A DNA stretch of 64,000 nucleotides from Saprospiraceae bacterium (GTDB lineage Bacteria; Bacteroidota; Bacteroidia; Chitinophagales; Saprospiraceae). The stretch lies in assembly GCA_020629515.1 (NCBI GenBank), contig JAHDDE010000009.1, forward strand, positions 16,474 through 80,473, given 5' to 3'. A program made the position numbers and the translations under genes. Of this stretch, positions 58,715-64,000 are shown piece by piece. Under the pieces are notes generated by a model. The model had not been told where the DNA came from. It did not search any database and saw only the letters and a program-made list of their open reading frames with translations. Numbering within the stretch: position 1 is the first letter of the stretch; each line of letters opens with the position of its first letter.

Positions 58715-59620
58715 ATGAATATAATTAAGAGTACGATTATAGTGTTATCTGTTGCATTTTTCATAGGATGCGCGGAGAATAATACCGGAATAAAAACCAG
58801 TCCAGTGTCTGGGTATCAATATGAAGTTTATAAAACTGAAGGTGCTCAGCAAGTAGCCGTAGGAGAATATGTCTATTTTCAGATGGATGTATTAGATGAT
58901 AAAGGTGAAGTGCTTCAGTCTTATAGAAATCAAAAACAAATGCCTTCTGTTAAGATTCCTCCAGCAGAAGATGAAGTGCGAAAAAAGAATCCTGTTGTCG
59001 ATGTTTTGTCCAATTTGGCAATTGGAGATAGTGTAGGGGTGATTATACCTTCAGACTCCATTCCTAATTTGCCGTTAGGTTATGAAGAAGTAGAAAGCTT
59101 TTTTTATGTGTTAACTGTCAAAGAGGTTTTAGATGAAACGACTTATCAAGCGAGAATGGCGAAGCAACAGGAGGAAGAGCAAGCTCAGATGACATTACTT
59201 AAAGAGCGTTTTCCTGAAGTGGAAGAGTTCGCTCAAAAGACTCTCAAGGATTATAAAGCCGGTCGATTGAAGGATATACAAGAAACAGACTCTGGGTTAA
59301 AATATGTTATCCATGAATTGGGAGATGGAGATTATCCTGGCAAAGATGCCATGCTATTAATGCAGTATTATGGTGCATTGGTCCAAGATGGAAAAATGTT
59401 TGATAATTCATTTAGTAGAGGACGAGGTTATCCTTTTAGGGTAGGAGCGGGATCAGTGATTGGAGGCTGGGATGAAGCAGCCTTATTATTACCTATCGGA
59501 ACAAAAGCTTCTTTATTTATACCTTCTGAGTTGGGATACCAAGACAGGGGATTCCCACCTGCAATTCCAGGTGGTGCTGAACTGTACTTTTATGTCGAGG
59601 CAGAAGAGTTATTTTATTAA
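58715..59620 (+). CDS. FKBP-type peptidyl-prolyl isomerase lipoprotein (degenerate N-terminal plus canonical C-terminal FKBP domain)
   Basis: Lipobox FIGC; FDNSFSRG, VIGGWDEA, IPSELGY and IPGGAELYFYVE. Confidence 0.92.
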   Translation: MNIIKSTIIVLSVAFFIGCAENNTGIKTSPVSGYQYEVYKTEGAQQVAVGEYVYFQMDVLDDKGEVLQSYRNQKQMPSVKIPPAEDEVRKKNPVVDVLSNLAIGDSVGVIIPSDSIPNLPLGYEEVESFFYVLTVKEVLDETTYQARMAKQQEEEQAQMTLLKERFPEVEEFAQKTLKDYKAGRLKDIQETDSGLKYVIHELGDGDYPGKDAMLLMQYYGALVQDGKMFDNSFSRGRGYPFRVGAGSVIGGWDEAALLLPIGTKASLFIPSELGYQDRGFPPAIPGGAELYFYVEAEELFY

Positions 59621-59668
59621 GATCTTCTACGGAGATAATTGATTTTTAACCATTAAAAGAAAGGGCAG

Positions 59669-60755
59669 ATGACTGCAGAACAGCTTGCAGATCTACAATC
59701 TCGACTGTCAGACCTGAGGAGGTATCTTTGACGTCGATAGTCGAAAATTAGAAGTAGAAGATAAAGAACAAGAGTCTTTAGATCCAAATTTCTGGAATGA
59801 TCCTAAACGTGCCGAGGAAATATTACGAGAACTTAAAGGCCATAAAAATTGGCTTAAGTCGTATGAGGTTGTTGAGGAACATATAAATGATTTGGACATA
59901 TTATTTGAGTTTCAGAAAGAAGGAGAGTCCACTGAAGAAGAAGTAAATCAACAATATGAACTTGCCCTAATTTCAGTTGAAGAAGCAGAGTTTAAGAGCA
60001 CACTTAATAAAGAAGAAGATGAACTTTCAGCGATCATCGAAATCAATGCAGGTGCCGGAGGAACAGAAGCTTGTGATTGGGCAGAAATGCTTTATAGGAT
60101 GTATGTGCTATGGGGAGAGAAATCCAAATACAAAGTCAAAGAATTAAATAGGGTAAATGGGGACGTAGCTGGAGTGAAATCAGTAGAGATTGAAATTGGT
60201 GGTGATTTTGCATATGGGATGTTAAAAGGGGAAAATGGGGTTCATAGATTAGTTAGAGTTAGTCCTTTTAATGCCCAGGGTAAGCGGATGACTTCATTTG
60301 CTTCTGTATTTGTACACCCATTAATCGATGGTCGGATAGAGATTGAGGTTAATCCTGCCGATTTAGATTGGGATACTTTTAGGGCGAGTGGGGCAGGTGG
60401 GCAACATGTTAATAAAACAGAATCTGCCGTAAGGGTAAGGCACTTGCCGTCTGGTATTGTCGTAGAGTGCCAAGAGGAGAGATCACAACATATGAATCGA
60501 GAGAAAGCTATACAAATGCTTAAATCAAGATTGTACGAGGCTGAGTTAGAGAGAAAACGGGCTGAAAAGGAGGCAGTTGAGTCCACAAAAATGAAGAATG
60601 AGTGGGGTTCTCAGATAAGATCATATGTTTTAGACGATCGTAGAGTAAAAGACCATAGGACTCAACATCAAACCTCCAAAACTGATGCCATTCTTAATGG
60701 AGATATTGATGACTTTTTGAAGGCATTCTTGATGTGGGAGGACCGCCCATATTAA
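59669..60755 (+). CDS. prfB: Peptide chain release factor 2, expressed via programmed +1 frameshift
   Basis: ATG 59669, 20 codons, then AGG AGG TAT CTT TGA C (59717-59732). The +1 frame from 59730 continues to 60755 with the SPF tripeptide and GGQ motif; about 361 aa in total. Confidence 0.98.
59717..59732 (+). other. RF2 +1 frameshift cassette (internal SD-like AGGAGG, slippery CTT TGA C)
   Basis: Exact match to the canonical prfB frameshift signal. Confidence 0.97.
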
Positions 60756-60835
60756 GGGGGAGGATAATTTAGATCTTTCAGGATCACTTATTTAGGGTGT
60801 TTCATTATATTGTTACTACCTAAATTATAAATCGT

Positions 60836-61264
60836 ATGACTAACATTAAGATTCCTATTTGGTTTTGGATTGTAGCTGTGATTGCACTGCTATGGAATTT
60901 GGCTGGACTTTCGCAGTTTTTTATGGATGTATCCATGACTTCAGAACAATTATCGACATTGACGTTGGAAGAACAAGAACTTTACAAGCAAAGACCTTTA
61001 TGGGCTCTGATCGGTTTTGCAATTGCGACTTTAGGAGGCACTTTAGGGGCCATATTTTTGCTGTTGAAAAAATCTTGGTGTCATCCTTTGTTTTTGATTT
61101 CTTTGATTGGGCTAATTCTACAGAATGTTTGGTCCTTTTTCATGAGCGATGCGATGGAAGTGTATGGATCTATGGCCGCCATAATGTCATCAGTTGTGAT
61201 AATATTCGCCCTTTTCTTGCTATGGTTTGCAAAATTTTCGATTAAGAAAGGTTGGGTTAGGTAG
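60836..61264 (+). CDS. Hypothetical four-TM membrane protein
   Basis: WFWIVAVIALLWNLAG and four hydrophobic segments. Confidence 0.7.
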   Translation: MTNIKIPIWFWIVAVIALLWNLAGLSQFFMDVSMTSEQLSTLTLEEQELYKQRPLWALIGFAIATLGGTLGAIFLLLKKSWCHPLFLISLIGLILQNVWSFFMSDAMEVYGSMAAIMSSVVIIFALFLLWFAKFSIKKGWVR

Positions 61265-63472
61265 CTATAACCTAAAAGTATAAGAATATTTGATCTGAAT
61301 ACTGCTCTGATTATTTCGAGGTAAGTTTGGCATTTCTCTGAGTAGATCTGTATTGACGTCTCCGTTATATACGATGAATAGGTCGTTACCTTCGGCAGGG
61401 TTATAACGGAGCCTTATGTTGCCTGAGAAGTTTTTGGATTGATTATTATATTGAAGTAATGAGGCAATTGATAACTTAGTATCGAACATAATCAGAGCCT
61501 TAATACGAGCCAATTGTATATTGGCTATTTGTTCTCTCAAAGAGAAAACAATTCTATTATACTGGTAAGTCCCCGAAAGTTCTAATGAAGATGACAGGTT
61601 CCAAGTTGGATTAAAAGTCGCGCTTACAATATTGCCATCATAAAATTGTCCTGCTCTTAACTCAAATCCAGCTTGAAAAGGTTTAACTGAGCTGGTATTT
61701 CCTTCTATACTATAATTTGTAAAAGAATAATCACCTACGGGAATTTCTACTCCTTCAGATATCTCAAAAGATGCGGTGAGATTTTCGATATTCGGTCTTA
61801 GTCCAATTTGAAATCCCCAAGTTTTTTTAGAGGCAAGTTGATAACCTATAGTCCATCCGAGAGATTGAATTTTACCGTCCTCATTACCCCAATGAGCAGA
61901 TCCTCTCGAAAAAGGTCCATGCTGAAAAATAAATGATTTTTCACCTGGCTGCCATCCATATTGGATTCGATTGCCAATACGGGTATAATTATCTCTTCTT
62001 TCAAAACCCATCCCAGGGTCAAAGTTTTGACCAGTCCTCGAAAAGCTTGTACCATAACCAAATCCCTTTTGTCTCCTGGTGTACAAGGCAATCCATAGCT
62101 TGGATTGATCGAGAGCCAATAAGCTATTGTTATCTATTTCGTTAGATAAGGTCGATGCATATTTTATGTCAATATAGTCCTGTTTGAATAATTTAATTAT
62201 TGCATCAAATCCAAGATTTGTATTGTAATTGCCTTTTAAATCTGACTTATTTGTTAAAAGGAAACCAGCATCAGAATTATTATTGATGATTTGTCTTTTA
62301 ATTCTAAATACGGAGAGGTTTTCCCCCTTAAAGTCATCTTGACTCGCAGTCTGCATAGATATGGCACCTATATCCCACAGTCCCGACCTCCCTACTACTC
62401 TAGCTCCTCCATAAATTCGGGTTAACTCATTGTCATCATTTAAACCTATTCGACGGCTGTAAAAAAGTCTCGTTCCTGACCCATAGCTAAAATCAAATAT
62501 GCCAGCTCTTTCCTGAAAAAAAAGCCTTTTCTCCGGAAAGAATAGACTGAATCTCGTCAGATTTACTTGTTGATCATCAGCCTCTACCTGTGCGAAGTCT
62601 GTATTGACACTAAGATCGAGTGTCCAATTTTTACTGATACCATATTTGATATCTAAGCCTAACTCAGTGATGGAGTTATCCGTTTTGGTGTATTCTGTTT
62701 CGGACTCATTTAGATCATAGGATGTGCTCCTTCCCCCAAGTATATATGGAGTAACAAAGAAAGGTTTTTGACTTTTAATATTTCTGAAAGTAATATCCGA
62801 GGCCAATGAAGGCTTAAACTGACTCCAGTCTCCATAATTCTGAGGAATTAATGGAAACATATTTACCTCATTTTTCCTCGCTATATATCTCCACGTAGTC
62901 ATGCCCATCGTGACTTCATCATTATCTTCAAATGCCAATGTGCTGAAAGGTATTCGTAATTCTGCTTGCCACCCTAACGAATCTCTGTGCACTTTCACAT
63001 CCCAAAATGCGTTCCAATCAATGTTTACAGGATTTCGACTCACAGCATCACCAAATACTGCCAAATCCCAGCGAATACCAGTCGGAGTGGTGAAGAAAGC
63101 TAAGCCATTCTCATCGTCATTATAACTATCAAGCACAAACCCAAACCACTGAGTGGCGCCAGTCAAAGCATCTCTTTTTTTAGTGTTGGCCATTATTTTG
63201 TCTGGCTCACTATCGAATAGTTGGCCAGAGAGGTAAACGTAGTCTCGATCATAAGCTATTCTAATTTTACTATCCTCTGTGGGTGTTCCTCTAAGCACAG
63301 GACTAGTCATTTCAAGGTCAAATGGTTCAATATTCAGCCATTCTTGCTCGGTTACTCTTCCGTCAAAATTAATTGGTTCAGTTAATCGGGTTACATAGTA
63401 CTTCTCCTTTTGAGCGGTAAGACTCTTAATTACCATAAGAAGAAATAGGGCTAAGTAACATGACCTTTTCAT
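61265..63472 (-). CDS. CBM9-like / DUF5916 outer-membrane protein
   Basis: INFDGRVTEQEW, WQAELRIPFS, NTDFAQVEADDQQVNLTRFSLFFPEKRLFF and C-terminal YSYTFRL. Confidence 0.88.
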   Translation of the reverse strand: MKRSCYLALFLLMVIKSLTAQKEKYYVTRLTEPINFDGRVTEQEWLNIEPFDLEMTSPVLRGTPTEDSKIRIAYDRDYVYLSGQLFDSEPDKIMANTKKRDALTGATQWFGFVLDSYNDDENGLAFFTTPTGIRWDLAVFGDAVSRNPVNIDWNAFWDVKVHRDSLGWQAELRIPFSTLAFEDNDEVTMGMTTWRYIARKNEVNMFPLIPQNYGDWSQFKPSLASDITFRNIKSQKPFFVTPYILGGRSTSYDLNESETEYTKTDNSITELGLDIKYGISKNWTLDLSVNTDFAQVEADDQQVNLTRFSLFFPEKRLFFQERAGIFDFSYGSGTRLFYSRRIGLNDDNELTRIYGGARVVGRSGLWDIGAISMQTASQDDFKGENLSVFRIKRQIINNNSDAGFLLTNKSDLKGNYNTNLGFDAIIKLFKQDYIDIKYASTLSNEIDNNSLLALDQSKLWIALYTRRQKGFGYGTSFSRTGQNFDPGMGFERRDNYTRIGNRIQYGWQPGEKSFIFQHGPFSRGSAHWGNEDGKIQSLGWTIGYQLASKKTWGFQIGLRPNIENLTASFEISEGVEIPVGDYSFTNYSIEGNTSSVKPFQAGFELRAGQFYDGNIVSATFNPTWNLSSSLELSGTYQYNRIVFSLREQIANIQLARIKALIMFDTKLSIASLLQYNNQSKNFSGNIRLRYNPAEGNDLFIVYNGDVNTDLLREMPNLPRNNQSSIQIKYSYTFRL

Positions 63473-63622
63473 AATATAAAAGTAATATATAAAGGAATAT
63501 GAATATATGATTACAACTCCTTTTATAGACAGAATTTAAACCACATATTTCTGTGGAATTCGGATTGGTGAATGATTAATTTAATTAATATTAGCTCATC
63601 ATATTTTAACTATTCAACCTTT

Positions 63623-64000
63623 ATGAAGAGAAATACGGCTCTAATACAACTCAATTTAGGATTGATTTTTATGAGTACCTCGGGAGTTTTGGGTCGCTAT
63701 ATTTCGGTTGATTCTACGATCACTACTGTAAGCCGTGCTTTGATTGCAGCTGGGTTAATATTCGTCTTTTGTAAAGTTTTAAAGGTTCCATTGTCTTTTA
63801 TTAACAAAAAGTCATTTTTGCTAACTGGTTTGTCCGCCATCTTATTAGGAGCACATTGGGTTACTTATTTTTATGCCCTCGATTTATCCAACGTAGCTAT
63901 AGCGTTATTATCGTTGTATACCTATGCAGCAATAACTCCTATTTTAGAGCCTTTATTAACCAAAGAACCATTTCAAAAACGGGATATATACCTCTCTTTT
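63623..64000 (+). CDS. DMT/EamA family transporter (3' end outside the window)
   Basis: Open frame from ATG 63623 to the edge: MKRNTALIQLNLGLIFMSTSGVLGRY...HWVTYFYAL...ILEPLL. Confidence 0.85.
   Translation, partial: MKRNTALIQLNLGLIFMSTSGVLGRYISVDSTITTVSRALIAAGLIFVFCKVLKVPLSFINKKSFLLTGLSAILLGAHWVTYFYALDLSNVAIALLSLYTYAAITPILEPLLTKEPFQKRDIYLSF

Noticed and set aside
59892-60755. prfB as a truncated gene or pseudogene
   Set aside because: The missing N-terminus is supplied by the programmed +1 frameshift at 59726-59732.
95-63125. Short alternative-frame or antisense ORFs in the track (e.g. 95-313, 3491-3802, 6907-7194, 7569-7856, 30065-30316, 34548-34886, 36747-37046, 46043-46411, 50842-51147, 60242-60586, 60859-61245)
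   Set aside because: Each lies wholly or almost wholly within a well-supported gene and shows no recognisable motif; they are shadow ORFs.
1-64000. CRISPR array, tRNA/rRNA, IS element, prophage, selenocysteine readthrough
   Set aside because: No regularly spaced repeats, cloverleaf/CCA patterns, transposase/integrase/phage ORFs or in-frame TGA splitting a conserved protein were seen, other than the prfB frameshift stop.

Overview
AT-rich chromosomal window from a Bacteroidota bacterium, probably marine and Saprospiraceae-like. The assignment is inferred from TAnnTTTG promoter elements, T9SS C-terminal domains, a choice-of-anchor B protein and a SusC-independent TonB-dependent receptor (TBDR). 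About 55 densely packed CDS are present, two of them cut by the window edges. I found no rRNA, tRNA, CRISPR array, transposase, integrase or prophage gene. Housekeeping genes: pyrG, rimO, msrB, tyrS, infC, clpC, rnz, ndk, an nrnA-like gene, lolD and lolC/E, and prfB with its programmed +1 frameshift (missed by the ORF track). Accessory modules: (i) a sulfur-handling cluster (2x YeeE/YedE, SulP, MBL-rhodanese, DUF983); (ii) a lipoprotein-SCO-cytochrome c trio; (iii) a candidate phosphate-acquisition locus at 16.3-24.9 kb (beta-helix lipoprotein with three 4-Cys repeats, TBDR, two-lobed aspartic protease behind 11-bp direct repeats, an unannotated PiT-like transporter and an Na/Pi cotransporter); (iv) a 770-aa ORF that looks like a catalytically dead helicase-nuclease, overlapping a stand-alone HsdR-N nuclease gene; (v) a PolX-PHP with altered polymerase carboxylates; (vi) a FIST (NosP-like) sensor coupled to a hybrid histidine kinase. 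All family assignments come from motif recognition by eye; no database search was run.
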